A stretch of 59,042 bases of DNA, filler included. It is 5 parts of 5 records of this genome, joined end to end, with 100 filler letters (N's around TTAATTAATTAA, not from the genome) between each part and the next. Parts side by side here need not be neighbours in the genome. Positions count along the whole stretch, not along the records: positions 50,647 to 59,042 come from SRR31147125_266; 4 more parts are not named here. One strand, 5' to 3'. The first letter of the stretch is position 1. Every line of letters starts with the position of its first letter. The position numbers were made by a program, and so were the translations under genes. Positions 58,458 through 59,042 of the stretch are shown here, one piece after another. The notes under the pieces were generated by a model. The model ran no database searches. It was not told where the DNA came from and worked only from the letters and a program-made list of their open reading frames with translations.

Positions 58458-59042
58458 TTGAAAAAAGAATCTATGGATTTTCTAAAGAAAATCATGACGG
58501 CACCATCGCCATCCGGTTATGAAGACAGGGTTCGAAAGCTGTTGTATGAAAAAATGAAAACGTATGATGATAATGTACGTATCGACGTTCACGGTAATGT
58601 GATCGCTTCTACGGTCGGGGATAACTCTTTTCGAATCATGCTCGCGGGTCATATGGATGAGCTGGGATTTCAGATAAAGTATATCGATGACAAGGGATTT
58701 ATCTATTTTAACACCCTTGGCGGTTTTGATGTTGGTATTATTCCCGGTCGCAAGGTGCGGATTTTTTCTAAAAAGGGTGAAGTGCTGGGTGTGCTGGGTA
58801 AAAAAGCGATTCATCTTTTTGATAAAGAGGACAGGGAAAAGGTACCAAAACTGCATCAGCTCTATATCGATATCGGCGCAAAGGACAAAGAAGAAGCAGA
58901 AAAAATGGTTTCAATTGGAGATGCAGCGACGTACGATGCTAATTTTGATAATCTGTTAAATGATTTTTGTGTATCCCGGGCTTTTGATGACAAGATTGGT
59001 GCTTTTATTGTATCTGAAGTGCTGAAAAACGTTTCGCAAAAA
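58458..59042 (+). CDS. M42 family metallopeptidase (TET-like), runs off the window end (not in the ORF track)
   Basis: AAGGAG RBS and TTG start; APSPSGYE, DVHGNV, IMLAGHMDELG, LGGFD, LYIDIGA, SRAFDDKIG. Confidence 0.93.
   Translation, partial: MKKESMDFLKKIMTAPSPSGYEDRVRKLLYEKMKTYDDNVRIDVHGNVIASTVGDNSFRIMLAGHMDELGFQIKYIDDKGFIYFNTLGGFDVGIIPGRKVRIFSKKGEVLGVLGKKAIHLFDKEDREKVPKLHQLYIDIGAKDKEEAEKMVSIGDAATYDANFDNLLNDFCVSRAFDDKIGAFIVSEVLKNVSQK

Overview
This window is not one genomic locus. It is five contigs joined by 100-nt linkers (N-run, TTAATTAATTAA, N-run) at 21360-21459, 37007-37106, 44394-44493 and 50547-50646. Contigs 1, 2 and 5 look like a sugar-degrading FCB-type bacterium (KSB1/Calditrichota-like by style; inference only). 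They carry GH2 and GH127 glycosidases, Tat-exported sulfatases, a BNR sialidase-like protein, a DUF4838 protein, several uncharacterised secreted TIM-barrel-like proteins, two tandem VIT-domain proteins with YPNPFN C-terminal sorting domains and a decaying toxin-antitoxin patch (DUF4160/DUF2442, orphan higA, second DUF2442). Contig 1 also has an 8-gene operon for a probable monocyclic, glycosylated and acylated carotenoid (unknown secreted protein, lycopene cyclase, crtD-like, crtI, crtB, acyltransferase, GT2, cruF). Contig 3 is an AT-rich Clostridia-like piece (acyl-CoA dehydratase activase/dehydratase, ECF sigma/anti-sigma, lipA). Contig 4 has an amidinotransferase, a DUF1349 protein, recJ, a SAM methyltransferase preceded by a putative 14-aa leader peptide and hairpin, and a secreted nucleoside hydrolase. 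Nine genes are split by eleven single-base indels, mostly in homopolymers, which points to sequencing error rather than real pseudogenes. I saw no rRNA, tRNA, CRISPR array or transposase.
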